From positions 27,590,001-27,654,000 of the forward strand of contig NW_027361752.1 in the NCBI RefSeq assembly GCF_039654945.1: 64,000 nucleotides of DNA, given 5' to 3'. The position numbers were made by a program, and so were the translations under genes. This DNA comes from Dendrobates tinctorius (taxonomy: Eukaryota). The notes beneath the pieces are model-generated. The model was not told the DNA's origin. It saw only the letters and a list, made by a program, of their open reading frames with translations, and searched no databases. Position 1 is the stretch's first letter. Each line of letters begins with the position of its first letter. Shown one piece after another: positions 11,528 to 25,070 of the stretch.

Positions 11528-13097
11528 CACTGTGTTCCAAATTATTATGCAAATTGGATTTAAGTGTCATAAAGATGTAATTTTTTGTTTTTCAAATAAA
11601 CTCATAGATGGTATTGTGTATCAGGGCTCTTTGGATCACTGAAATCAATCTCAAACGCCTGTGATAATTATTTTACCAGGTGAGCTCAATTAAAGGAAAA
11701 CTGCTTAAGAATGATGTTCCACATTATTAAGCAGGGCACAGGTTTCAAGGAATTTAGGAAAGAAAAAGGACCTCTCTGCTGCTGAAAAGCATCAAATAGT
11801 GCAATGCCTTGGTCAAGAGATGAAAACATTAGATATTTCCCAAAAATGTAAACGTTATCATCGTACTGTTAAGAGATTTGTGGCTGATTCTGAGCACAGA
11901 CATGTTTGTGCTGCTAAAGGCCGAATGAGGAAGGTTTCTGCCAGGCAAGTTCATCGGATCAAGAGAGCGGCTGCTAAAAAGCCATTATAAGCCAGCAAAC
12001 AGATATTTAAAGCTGCTGGTGCCTCTGGAGTCCCTCGAACCTCAAGGTGTAGGATCCTTTAAAGGCTTGCTGTGGTGCATAAACCTACTATTCAGCCACC
12101 CCTAAACAGTGTTCACAAGCAGAAATGGTAGCAGTGGGCCCAGACATACATGAAGACTAATTTTCATACACTCTTGTTTACTGATGAGTGTCGAGCAACC
12201 CTGGATGGTCCAGATGGATGGAGTAGTGGATGGTTGGTGGATGGCCACCATGTCCCAACAAGGCTGCGACATCAGCAAGGAGGTGGAGGAGTCATGTTTT
12301 GGGCCGGAATCATGGGGAAACAGCTGATAGGGCCCTTTAAGGTTCCTGAAGGTGTGAAAATGACCTCTGCAAAGTATATCGAGTTTCTGACTGACCGCTG
12401 TCTTCCATGGTATAAAAAGCAGAAATGTGCCTTCAGGAGCAAAATCATTTTCATGCATGACAATGCACCATCTCATGCTGCAAAGAATACCTCTGAGTCA
12501 TTGACTGCTATAGGCATTAAAGGAGGTAAACTCATGGTGTGGCCACCATCCTCCCCTGACCTCAACCCTATAGAGAACCTTTGGAGTATCATCAAGCAAA
12601 AGATCTATGAGGGTGGGAGGCAGTTCACATCAAAACAGCAGCTCGAGGAGGCTATTCTGACTTCATGCAAAGAAATACAAGCAGAAACTCTCCAAAAACT
12701 CATAAGTTCAATGGATGCAAGAATTGTGAAGGTGATATTAAAGAAGGGTTCCTATGTTAACATGTAACTTGGCCTGTTAGGATGTTTTGGAGTTAAATAG
12801 CTTTTTTGTTCAGTGAATGTGACCTCCTAATGCTGCAAATTCCACAAATGAGCATTTTCAGTTCTTTAAAACACATCAAATGTTTAGAAATTCTACGGTG
12901 CCTAATAATTTGAAACAGTGCAATTTGAGTTTTTATTCATTTTGGAGATTATACTGTTATTATTGGGAGGTTTCTGCAATAAAATTTGATGTATACTCTA
13001 ACAGGTAATGACTTTTATTAGTCTGACTGTCATTTGCACCGACTATTTAGAAAAATCATAGAAAAATATCATTTGCATAATAATTTGGAACACAGTG
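11528..13097 (+). mobile_element. Full-length Tc1-like transposon, DD37E (TRT-type)
   Basis: TIRs CACTGTGTTCCAAATTATTATGCAAAT at both ends, TA TSD, 1570 bp. Confidence 0.93.
11753..12767 (+). pseudogene. Tc1 DD37E transposase, disrupted
   Basis: N-terminal HTH region (ORF 11799-11990) broken by stops; catalytic ORF 12150-12767 has FTDE, HDNA and SPDLNPIEN, with 37 residues between the second D and the E. Confidence 0.9.
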
Positions 13098-13302
13098 TAC
13101 TTTCAGGGTTTTTTCACCCATAGAAAGCAATGAAAAAATTGACAAGTACTGCAAAATACCTTCATAGTGCTTTTTGTGGCATTTTAGGTGAATAAAACAA
13201 ATTTTATTAAACTTGTGCTGTAGACAAATGGCTATATTCTGTACCCCCTCAAAAAAAACCACAGCAAAAATGCACGAAAAAAATCAGCAAAAATGCAGCT
13301 AA

Positions 13303-13671
13303 GGCTAGTTTCACACTAGCGTTTGTGAGTGCAGCGACGGCCTGCGCACGGCCGCCGCTAAGCCCCGCACAGTCTGCGTTTGGCGGCGCATGCGTCCTTT
13401 TGATGGTGCGCCGAGCACAACCAAAATGCAACAGGTTGCGTTTGGCGCTGCTCGGCGCACCGTCAAAAGGACGCATGCGCCGCCAAACGCAGACTGTGCG
13501 CAGACTGCGCACGGCCTGCGCCCTCTGTGATGAAGATAGGGGACGCATGACGCATGCAACGTCATGCGCCCGGAGGCGGAGATACCGGTGGAGGCGGGGC
13601 AGGGGGCGGGGTTTAGCGGCGGCCATGCGCAGGCCGTCGCTGCGCTCACAAACGCTAGTGTGAAACTAGCT
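13303..13671. mobile_element. PIF/Harbinger-type palindromic MITE related to 3983-4469
   Basis: TAA|GGCTAGTTTCACACTAGCGTTTGTGAG ... CTCACAAACGCTAGTGTGAAACTAGCT|TAA; nested internal hairpin. Confidence 0.9.
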
Positions 13672-13981
13672 TAACCTGTATTTGAGCGCAGTATTTATTC
13701 TGCCAAAGGTGCAGGTTTTGGCAGCAGAAAAAATGCTGCTTGTGAACATAGTCTTCTCAGGTCCTACATTTTTGCTTTCCATGCAGTGGATAAGAATATC
13801 ATTAGACGATCAAACTTCACATGTGATGGATTATTTTTTTGTGTGGAATGAGCTGTAGTTTTTATTGGTATCATTTTGGGGTCCTTTTTATTTTTTTTTT
13901 TTTTTTTTTTCATTGTATTTTATTTTTGTGAAGTGATATGGCTAAAATACAATGATGCATATGCCGATACCAAATACATAT

Positions 13982-14027
13982 ACAGATAGACAGACAGAGA
14001 CAGAAAGACAGACAGACAGACAGACAG

Positions 14028-14058
<31 letters not shown>

Positions 14059-14064
14059 GATAGA
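13982..14064. repeat. (GACA)n(GATA)n microsatellite
   Basis: Direct reading. Confidence 0.95.
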
Positions 14065-14799
14065 TGTAGACATACAGTAGAATATATATATTATTTTTTA
14101 ATTTCAGATATTTATGAAATTAGTTATTTAAACTTTTTATCAGTCTTTTATTTTTTTATGTTTTTTATTAATCTTTGCAGGGGACTTGAATTTGCAATTG
14201 TTTTATCACCTATGCAATGCAATACTGCAGTATTGCAACCTCCTGAATAATTTCTAGTCTCATATACAGGCTGAGATTAATAAGAATAGTAACATTAAGT
14301 AATGGGAGCCTTCATTAGCCCACCGGCTGCTATGACCAACCATTGGCTTCTTGCGATCACAGGCTGAGGAGTTGATGGGTGTCATTAGTGGCACCCTACT
14401 CCATTCCTCAACCTCTTTCTGTCAAGATTGATAACAGCATCTAAGAAGTTACACTGTTGTGAACAGAGCTATATTGGAGAACAGTGGTTAATATAGGATG
14501 CTGGCTGTATAACACAGCCATCACTCAGACTGTGTAGAGCAAACTTAGCTTCTGAAAATGATTCATGCAGCAAATGTGTTCATAGGTCGCACATGTTAAG
14601 TCAATGCTGCAAATCGGTTAAATAACTGTTATCTACAGTAAAGACTAGAGTTGAGCGAAAGGGGTCGGCCAAATTTAGAATTCGCCGACTTTGGCTAAAG
14701 TCGGGTTTTGCCTATCGAAACCCGACCATAGCGTGAGGTTAGCCATGAGGTCGCCGACTTGAGCGCCAAAGTCGCGATTCCCTCAATGCTTCCTGGGCC

Positions 14800-14930
14800 T
14801 TTTCTCAGCCAATCATCAAGGATGCACACTGTGGGCAATGCGATTACATAGGAAGCAGCCCCCACCATCTTAGAGAAGGGCATCCAAGTGATTGGCTGGC
14901 TTTGTGTGGCGTCACAGTGGCTAAAAAAGG
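14800..14930 (+). promoter_or_regulatory. Putative hAT internal promoter
   Basis: CAGCCAATC and the reverse box GATTGGCTG near the left terminus, followed by an A-rich TATA-like stretch; motif only. Confidence 0.3.
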
Positions 14931-15424
14931 CCGTGCCCGCTGACCGCCATCTTACTTCTGCCGATCTTAGCATAGGGAGAGGTTGCTGCTGCTCGTTCTC
15001 AATAGGGAGAGTGTTTAGGCAGGAAAAGAAAAAAAAGTGCTTCTGCTGATAGTGATTTTCACTGTACAACACAACAGTACAGTGTGCAGTGACAGGGGAG
15101 GCTATATTTGTGTGCAGCAGCTCTGTTGGTGATTAGGCTGCCTTATAAGTCTCCCTGATAGCTGCATTGCTGTTTACACACTGCTGTGCAGAGTGCTTTT
15201 TTAAAAGCAAAAAAACTTTTATTCCTTTTCTCTGCACAGTTACCAAGCATTCAATTTTTCACACTTTTGTGTGCAGCAGCGCTGGTGGTTATTAGGCTGC
15301 CTTATAAGGCTACCTGATAGCTGCACTGCTGTGTGCACACTGCTGTGCAGACTGCTTTTTTCAAAGCAAAAATACTTTTATTTCTTTCTTTCTGCACAGT
15401 AGCTACTGAGCGTAAATTTTTGCG

Positions 15425-17040
15425 CACACCGTATAGAGGTGTATGCTCCTCACACACTACCATGTACCGGCTGGTATCACGGACAAATATATGCTATATG
15501 TGTGTGACTCTGTAAAAAAATACATGGAGATTAACATTTTTCCATACATACACCGTATAGAGATGTCCAATTTTCAAACAGTATCGGATGTCTGCTGTTC
15601 TTATTACGGTCATATGTACACAGAGTCAGCGTGTGTCTGTGCGACTCCATAAATACATTTACGGACATTTCCATTTCTCCATACACTGTATTGAGCTGTC
15701 CAATTCTCAAACAGTATTGGATATTTACTGTTCTTATTACTGTCACATCTACACAGAGTCAGCGTTTGTGTGACATTCCATAAATACATATACGGACATT
15801 TCCATTTCTCCATACACCATATGGAGCTGTCCGATTCTCAAACAGTATCGGATATCTGCTGTTCTTATTATGGTCACATCTACACAGAGTCAGCGGGTGT
15901 CTGTGAGACTCCGTTAATGCATATACGGACATTTCCATTTCTCCATACACCGTATTGAGCTGTCCGATTCTCAAACAGTATCGGATATCTGCTGTTCGCT
16001 TTACGGTCACATCTACACAGAGTCAGCGTGTGTGTGTGAGTCTCCGCAAATACCTATACGGACATTTCCATTTCTCCATACACTGTATTGAGCTGTCCGA
16101 TTCTCAAACAGTATCGGATATCTGCTGTTCGCTTTACGGTCACATCTGCACAGAGTCAGCGTGTGTGACATTCCATAAATACATATACGGACATTTCCAT
16201 TTCTCCATACACCATATTGAGCTGTCCGATTCTCAAACAGTATCAGATATTTGCTGTTCTTATTATAGTCACATCTACATAGTCAGTGTGTGTGTGAAAT
16301 TCTGTAAATACATATACAGACATTTCCAGTTCTCAATACACCGTATTGAGCTGTCCGATTCTCAAACATTATTGGATATCTGCTGTTCTTATTACGGTCA
16401 CATCTACACAGAGTCAGCGTGTGTCTGTGAGACTCGGTAAATACATATACGGACATTTCCAGTTCTCCATACACCGTATTGAGCTGTCCAATTCTCAAAC
16501 AGTATTGGATATCTGGTGTTCTTATTACGATCACATCTGCACAGAGTCAGTGTGTGTGTGCGACATTCCGTAAATACATATACGGACATTTCCAGTTCTC
16601 CATACACCATATTGAGCTGTTCAATTCTCAAACAGTATTGTATATCTGCTGTTTGCTTTACGGTCACATCTACACAGAGTCAGCGTGTGTGTGTGACATT
16701 CCGTAAATACATATGCGGACATTTCCAGTTCTCCATACACTATATTGAGCTGTCCGATTTTCAAACAGTAATGGATATCTGCTGTTCTTATTACGGTCAC
16801 ATCTACACAGAGTCAGCGTGTGTGTGTGACATTCTGTAAATACATATACGGAGAATGACAGTTTCACAAACAACGTATACAGCTATACACTTCTGATACA
16901 GTACCGTAAATCTGCTTGTTGGATTACGGTGAAATACATACTGGGTGAGCATCTGTGACTCACAAAATATACATGGAGATTTCACTTTTTACATACACCT
17001 TACACAGCTGTACGCTCCTCATACAGTACCATTTCTCTGC
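15425..17040 (+). repeat. Tandem satellite of ~129-133 bp (about 12 units) directly upstream of the hAT transposase ATG
   Basis: GGACATTTCCA recurs at ~15663, 15794, 15927, 16060, 16189, 16451, 16584 and 16717; degenerate units recur at 20850-21240 and 24625-32470. Confidence 0.93.
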
Positions 17041-17067
17041 TGGTATTTTTGGTACATTTTCCCAAAC

Positions 17068-20020
17068 ATGAGGAAGTATGGTGGAAGAGGCCGCGGACGA
17101 GGGCAGTGAGGCGCAGCTGGTACTGATGATGGTGGTGGGGCATCGGCTGGTTCTGGCAAAAGCACAATAGCAGCTAGGGCAGGAGGTGTTGAGCCTGCGT
17201 CATCGTCTGGCACAAGAAGGCCTTTAAGGTTCCCTTTTCTGGGAGTAGGTAAACTGCTTTTAAAGCCAGAGCGTCAGGAACAGGTTTTGGCTTACATTGC
17301 CGAAACAGCCTCCAGCTCTATTGCCTCCTCTTCTGAAGTTACAAAAACTGCAAGCACAGAGTCGTCAGTGCAGGCTTCTGGTCAGGAGCAACACCTTTCC
17401 TTGTGTCCTTCACCCACACCAAAAGTGAAGGATGCTGCAGCACACACTTCAGATTACTCACTCCATGGAGCTCTATTCACACACCATTCCTGGGTTATCA
17501 AGTCAAATCCTGAATTCCCCAGTCCAAGATGAATCTGACATGTAGTCCACTGATGCACAGCCACTGCTAGATGATTCCACTGGTACTTTCACCCACAGCA
17601 CTACACTGCCCTCGCAGTCTACTGAGCCCGAATCAGACCCTGATGAAACTCATGTGCCCCTTCTCGCATACTATACCACCTTACACGGTGACACGGAGGA
17701 AGGTACAGAGGAAGGTGCAGATGACATTGAAGACGAGGTCATGATGACCCAGTTGTTGACCGGGATTGGCATCTTTTGGGGGAAGAGGGTGTCGGTGACA
17801 ATAGGTCAGACTCAGAACAGGAGAAGGATCCGCAGCAGGCATCGCCATCGCTGCAGCGGTTATCCGGCAGGCCCGTAGCTGTCAAAAAACTTGGTAAGAA
17901 AACTAAAAGAGTTGCAGGACAGCTTGGCCAGACGGTCAAATTCGCACAGCGTGCAAGTCCTGAAAATTTGTACCATAGTAGGAAGAGTGTAGTGTGGCAC
18001 TTTTTTGAACAAAATCCTACTGATGACACAAAGGTTATCTGTAAGAAGTGCCGAAGGACCTTTAGCAGAGGGAAAAATCTACGAAATTTGAATACCAGTT
18101 GCATGCTTAGACATTTAACCAACATGCACTTGCAAGCGTGGATGGACTTCAAAACCTCAGGTAACACATGTGCACCTGCTCCGACTGAAGTTAGCCGGCA
18201 ACACTCCATCGCTTCCCCCACTGTAAGGCCACCGCTAAGTACACCACCATCAAGAAGTGTTGAGGTGTCACCGCTAGGCCAAACCAGTCACGCAAACACA
18301 ATATTTTCGCGAGGAAACACTGAATCTAGGCCATCAACACCCTCACCATCACCAACCCCTTCTCAGTCCATCAGGTCCAATGCTAGTTCCCCCATATGCA
18401 GCTCTCAAGTCCAGCTCACCCTACCAGACACTCTCAGTAGGACAAGAAAGTACTCATCCTCTCATCCGTGTACACTGACTTTGAACGCCTACATTGCCAA
18501 ACTGATCTCATTAGAGATGACGCCCTTCTGTTTGGTTGAAAGCAAAGCTTTCCGAGAGCTTATGGCCTATGCTGTCCCACGCTATGACCTACCCAATCGG
18601 CACTTCTTTTCTCGAAAAGCCATCCCTGCCCTCCACCGGCATGTGAAAGACCGCATTGTCCATGCACTAAAACAATTAGTGAGTGGAAAGGTGCACTTCA
18701 CAACAGGTGCATGGGCCAGTAGGCATGGCCAGGGCTGTTATGTGTCCATCACAGCGCACTGGGTTAATGTGGTGGATGCATGCTCCACAGGGGACAGCGG
18801 CAGTGGAACAATGCTGCCTAGCCCACGGTATAGGAAACAGTTGGCTGTAGGCGTTCGACCCTCCTCCTCCTCCAGAAGCGAAAGCTCGTCCACAGAGCGC
18901 AGTCGCACGAGCACTCCATCCACATCTGTCAGTGTTGCACACGAGGTGTCCCACTATCGAACAGCTAGTGGTAAGTGGCAGCAAGCTGTTTTAAAAATAT
19001 CTTTGGGTGACAGCAGACACACCACGTAGGTACTGGCTGACTACTTGCATTGACAAACTGAGTCATGGCTGGGCAGTCTACATCTTGAGCCAGGCAAGGT
19101 AGTCAGTGTTAATGGGAGGAATTTTGTGGCAGCCATGGCCCTTGCCAAACTCACACACATACCTTGCCTGGCTCACACCTTGAACCTGGTGGTGCAGTGC
19201 TTCCTAAATAATTATCAGGAGTTAACAGCCCTGCTCCATAAGGTGCGAAGACTGTGCTCGCACATCCGTCACTCGAACATCCACTCCAGTCATATGCAGA
19301 AGCTGCAGCGATCACTCCACCTCCCCAAGCACCGCCTAATCATAGACGTTGCTACAAGATGGAACTCCATCATGTACATGGTTGAGAGGCTGTGCAAACA
19401 GAGGCAGGCTGTAATGCATTTGTGGGAGGATACACAGGCAGGCAGTTTGAGGGCAGACATGGAGTTGTCGGATGTGCAGTGGTCGAAGCTGAAAGACCTC
19501 TGTAAAGTCCTTCAGTGTTTTGAGGAATGTACACGGCTGGTAAGCGCAGACGACGCCATCATGAGCATGAGCATACCACTTATGCGTCTGCTCATGCAAA
19601 CTTTTACACACATGAAGGATCAGGTGTCTGCAGCTGAGGAGCAACAGGAGGAGGAGGAGGAGGGAAGCCTTGATGACAGTCAGCCATTGTCTGGTCAGGG
19701 AACTGTCATTGATGAGGTGGAGGAAGAAGAGAAAGATGAGGAGGAGGATGAGGAGAAGGATGATTATTTAGGGGAGGAGGATGCTTCTCATGGGGCAAGA
19801 GAAAATGTTGGCGTGGCAAGGTCTGGTACAGGGTTTGTGCATGACTGGAGGGATGTAGATTTGCCAGAAAGTGCTCCTCCACCCAGCACTCGCAGTGCAT
19901 CATTGACACCTGGAACATTGGCCCACATGTCAGATTATGCCTTGCAGATCCTAAAAAGGGACCCCCGCATTGCCAAAATGATGAACAATGACGACTACTG
20001 GTTGGCCAGCATATTACAAT
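17068..20020 (+). pseudogene. hAT transposase copy 2 (same family as 55-3355), C-terminus deleted
   Basis: ATG at 17068 (MRKYGGRGRG..); ORFs 17776-19029 (BED finger, TTGAW) and 19126-20022 (CLAHTLN, RWNS, acidic tract); ends at DDYWLASIL. Confidence 0.92.
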
Positions 20021-20279
20021 AAAGTGTCTCTGCTGTTGCCCTGAACAGGTGTATGGCCCCACCCTTTGGTGATGGCACTGGCACAGGGCCTCTCATATAA
20101 CAATAAAGTGTCTCTGACGGTGGGGGGGCCCACTCGCCGTCAGACACACTGGCGTACTATGAGGGGCCCTGTGCCAGTACTGTCACCAACGAGTGGGTCC
20201 CCCCTGCTTGCTCAGGGACACAGCACTTGCAATACTTACTTCTCCCTGCTCCACCGCTGTATAGTCTGGCCAGTTAAAT

Positions 20280-20840
20280 CCTTTCCAGGGACGGCCACTA
20301 CAAATTTGGTGTACTGATCGATGATGGTTAAGATGTAGCTATGTCCTGTCCTGCTGGCCTCTACCTTCAGATTATCAATGGCTATCATTTGTAATGGGCG
20401 TCAACTCTCAATAGGATGCAGTGGTGCTGTTGGGGAGCACCTTTCACAGTTTTCATAGTCACAGATGTGTGACATTCCTGCCACTATTTTTCAATGTCTC
20501 CTTTCATGGCAATCCAATAGAATCCCCTACGGCCTGTGGCTTGTGTGTTTTGCACTCCAAAGTGACCAGACATATCATGATAGGCAGTAAGGACCATGTC
20601 TACAGCTCTCCCTGTGATCACAATTTGATGGAGACGAGTAATGGTGAAGGAATTGACACTATTGCGATACAGCAACCCTTTCTTCACTAATTTGCGCTTT
20701 ATCTGTATCCAGAGTCAAAGTTATTGACGGTCAGCATCGCCTCTGTGAATTCTCCCTGGAGGTTTTCCCGTGATTAGTAATTATAACATTTCTGAAATCA
20801 CTCGACTTCCGTCTGTACTTTTATCCATCTAGCTTCCTCT
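20280..20840 (-). pseudogene. Ty3/Gypsy integrase fragment
   Basis: ORF 20484-20687 YHDMSGHFG..FYW (H2C2 zinc domain), then RPLQMIAIDNL..GHSYILTIIDQYTKF in the reverse strand of ~20295-20400. Confidence 0.82.
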
Positions 20841-21242
20841 AGCGTAGAGTCTGGACTGGCTGACTGACACTGAAATATATACGAAGATTTCAAAGTACTC
20901 CAACACTGTATACTGGTGTACTTTTCAAAAACATTTCTCTTTTTCTCATATTTATATTCTAGTGCAATCCATATGGAGCCTGTAAGAGTTTGTGTCTTAC
21001 TCTGGTAAAATATAATGAGATTTAAAATGACACCAACACTGTATGCAGCTGAACGCTTGCAAAACATTACCCTTTTCAAGTTTTTATATTCTTGTGTAAT
21101 CCATACTGAGCCTGTGATTGTGTTTGTCTGAATCCTGAAATATAGATGGAGATTTACAATTACCCCTAGACTGGAAACACCTGGGATCTGCTGATACAGT
21201 ACCTTTTTCCAACATTTTGTATTACGGTTAAATCCATACTGA

Positions 21243-24200
21243 CTGATAGATCGACCAAGTAATAGAAGACAGAGATGCCCATATGATAGGTTCTGCACCC
21301 CTGAGACCACCTTCCAAAGCCCGGCTGGACTCAAAGAAACAAGCTTCTTCTTCCGCATCCGGGGACAATTACCGAAAACGCTACCACTGTGAACGAGATC
21401 AAGAATCAGCAATGGAATTCCTAATACCTGCCACCTGTGAAGCCGTCACATGAGCATTAAGCGATAAACAAGTCAAACTTAACTGCTGCAGGACTCGAAT
21501 CACTGGAGGAGAGGACGCCGTCAAGCTGTTACTGGAACACACAACTCCCATGTTGTCACAATTAAAACGGATCCTTCTGTCCCAAAATTCCTCCTTCCAT
21601 AGGTTTACAGCCACCAGTATAGGCAAAATATCCAACCAAGCAATATTCCTAACAAGGCCCAGCTGAAACCACTCCTCAGGCCACGCAGCCGCACACCACA
21701 GGCCCCTAAAATATGACACAAAACACACTCCATCACACGCATCTGTGAACAACTCCAAGTCATCATTTACAACTGCCTCCTCCATGAGCAAAAAACGTCC
21801 ATTGTATTGCTCCAAAAAATAGTCCCACTATTCCAAATCAGCCTTATGCTCACTGTAAAGCTGAACAAAATGATGAGGAGCCCGCACTCCCGCCGTAGCG
21901 CTCGCCAACCACCAAGAAAAGACCCGACCCATTGTAATAATGCGACAAGCAAAAGTCAAATTCACACGTAGTGACTACACCTATGTCAACGACAATTTAT
22001 TCAACCATCTTGCCCGAGACACCTCATCCCGCAACGCCTTTCACTTATCCTCCATCAAACGGAACTCACATTTTAATGAATCAATCATGAGTCACAAAAA
22101 CGATAGGCACGTACAAGGCCCCTCTGTTTTACAGGGAGCAAGCGGTACAACAAAACGCTCCGCCACCCATTCGAACGCTCTAAGTAACCTCTCCCAACAA
22201 CCAGAATTAGCCCGACCGATACACACACAATCATCCAGGTAAGGAATCAAGGAATCAAAAGCCGATACTTCACAGATAACCCATTCGAGAAAAGAACTGA
22301 ATGCCTCAAAAACCACACAAGACACCGATCAACCCATTGTCAAACACCTAGCAACCCCAAAAACACCACCCCAGTAACATACCAACAACTTAACACTATC
22401 CGGATTAACATGGATCAACATAAACGCCAACTAAATATCCATTTTAGGCAAAACTGCCCCCTTCCAACATTTCCGGACAAACTTTTCCGCCTCCTGAAAT
22501 GACTTATAAAACAAAGAGCACAGCTCTGGGTCAATTCCATCTGTCACCGACCTACCACGAGGGAGAGACAGTTGATGAATGAGCCTGAACTTATGCTGCT
22601 GTTTCTTTGGCACTACACCCAGGGGCGAGACTACCAAATCCTCAAACGAAGGATTCCTAAACTGTACAGACATCCTTCCCAACTTAACCTCCTCCCCCAA
22701 CTGTTACGACACCACCTCAGCATATTTGTCAGCTGACCTCAGATTGTTAATCACCCGTGGTATCTCCAAAGGAGGGGTGGGAATTTTAAACCCATCACTG
22801 AAAACGGACAACAGTTCCGACTTAACCCTATCCGGAAACCTACTTACATTAGGGACCATCGCGGCCAGTTTCAATGGTGTCTACCCCTTACTAGCACTCT
22901 CACTCTGCTTCTCCTTTCTGCTTCCTAAAGCATCTGGAAGCACCATGCGAGGTTCCTTTGCAATGGGATCAAAGGTGCTTGAATTTGCATCAATGTAGCC
23001 CCAAATTTACACTGTCCATCATTCAATTGCCAGCAGAGACCCTGCTTCTGTCTGACCGATTGCCCCGACTGACCCCTTGCCCATTGTCCACTGCTTTGTG
23101 CGTTTGATGAACTGGCACCCCTGGCACCCCCAGGAAAGGAATGGCCGAACTTAGTCGGCGTCATAACCTTCAACTAGAGACGTATGTCTTTCTTTTCCCA
23201 CCGAATTGCCGGACGAACCATCTTCCTATGCCTAAACTGTTTGTCGTAACGAGCCAAGCCTGAACCCCCGACACCCTATAAGCCTCCCCAATCGAATCCA
23301 AAAAACAAAAAAAGGAGAACAATTCTTAGGCACCTTCTCTCCAACCACGCTAACCAAAATATCAAATGCCTGTAGCCAATTAGTTAATCTGTGCGGGATC
23401 ATTCGCCATCTCCATTTTTCCTCCTCCTCTTTTTGGCTATCATCCTTCTTCCCTTTGTCCACGTTCAACTTTTCCAAAGGAAGCAGTGACAAAATCGCGA
23501 CATATTCGTCCTTCTATGTCTTTTCCCGCACCTCCTTCTTACGATGAGCGCCCAGTGGGCCCTCAAAGCATACATATACCTCCCCATGCGCCCTGTAATC
23601 TACATTGATCTGACATTCCTTTTCCTTCTCAGTCTGAACCGAAACAGACACAGGGTCAACTCGGCCAACTGACACCCCAGTAACCTCTCCCGACAAACTG
23701 GTCCCTCGCTCCTGCGACCCCACCCAAGCGGCTAAATGTGCCAGGGCGCTCCAAATCCCTCCATCCGCGACAACAAATCCCGCATGGAAGTCAGCATCTC
23801 CCCCAGCCCCCCAATCCATGAAGGAACTTGGTCCACAACTCCCTGACCTAACGCCGCTGGCCCCCCAAACCACTCCCGAATGCAGGGGACCTCAATAGAG
23901 ATGAGGACAAACAAGACATGGAGCCATACTCACTGGGCTCCAATGACACTGTGACTCCTCCAGCCGCCAATCCCGTATCCCACTGGGCGTCGACTCCGGA
24001 GCTTCCCCTCAAACCCTCTGTCCACAGAGGTCCGCCACCTTGTGAAACAGGCTTTCTCGATGATGGGCTGTTTGCTTCTCCGGCCCCCGCTGAGGCAAGC
24101 AGGCTGCACAGCCATGGGGGCTTCCGCCTGCGGACACCCACCCCCCGCAACCCCCACCGACTGCCTGACACACCGTCCATGCTAATCCACTGCCGTTGTT

Positions 24201-24620
24201 CTGGTCAGGGTGCTCGAGGTACTGGGCATAGCTGACAGCCTCGGGCGACGGGGGCTGCTGCCCGACGAAAACCCTCCGGGTAACTCCCACCACTGCCCCA
24301 AGAAGAGGAGGCAGACCGCCCGGCTCCATGACGGCCAGCCATGAAGTCATTGTTCATCGCTGACCCGGCAAGTGCAGGCCTCGTCTCCCGCTCTGCTCGG
24401 GGAGAAGGGCTTGCAACCGCCACTGGACCCAGCCCGGCTCGTGGATTCCTCCCAGCCCGGGGCCTGCCCACACACTTACCAGCCGGCTCCCGACCCGGAG
24501 GGTCCCTGGAAGGGGCTCCGTCGCCAGCGCTGGGTCCTGGGATCTGCGTCAGGGGATAAACACTCCATGGCCCTTGACCGCCGCCTCGCATGGGAAGAGA
24601 CACCAGTGAACGAACGTTCA
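21243..24620 (-). mobile_element. DIRS-order tyrosine-recombinase retrotransposon remnant (Ngaro-like gag, RT, RNase H)
   Basis: Gag-like 23232-23873 (EVYVCFEGPLGAH; SLLPLE; NWLQAF); RT SPLGVVPKK..FRLIH (22431-22700) and YLDD (22092-22325); RNase H LFTDA..WP..CDNMGVV..IADS (21399-21815). YR ORF and termini are absent. Confidence 0.85.
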
Positions 24621-25070
24621 TTATTTCCCACACCGTATACAGCTGTATGCTCCTCACACAGTACCGTGTCCCAGTTGGTATCACGGAGAAATACATGCTG
24701 ACTATCTGTATGTGACTCCGGAAATATATAGGGTGATTTACATTTTCACTTATACTATATACACCTGGTATCTGATGATACAGTACCTTTGTTCTAAATT
24801 TTTTGGTACGGTATAATCCATAGTGAGTGAGCGTGTGTGGTTTAGTCCTTCAATATATACATAGATAAAAAGCTTACCCTATACTATATACCAGTCCTAT
24901 CTTGTGATACAGTACCTTTGATCAACATTTATTTAATTCCGGTCAAAACCATAGTGAGTGAGCGTTTGAGGGTGACTACGGAAATATATATGCAGATTTA
25001 AATTGTACCCTATAATATATATACACTTGCTATCTGCTTATCCTGTACCTTTTTTCAACATTTTGTAATA

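Larger units (their letters stand above)
11344..13753. mobile_element. Old Harbinger-type MITE hosting the Tc1 element and a second MITE
   Basis: TAA|GGCCATGTTGACA ... TGTGAACATAGTC termini; split into 11344-11527, 13098-13302 and 13672-13753 by insertions. Confidence 0.6.

Noticed and set aside
15425-16860. CRISPR-like regular array
   Set aside because: Whole monomers repeat with no unique spacers, there are no cas genes, and the context is eukaryotic.
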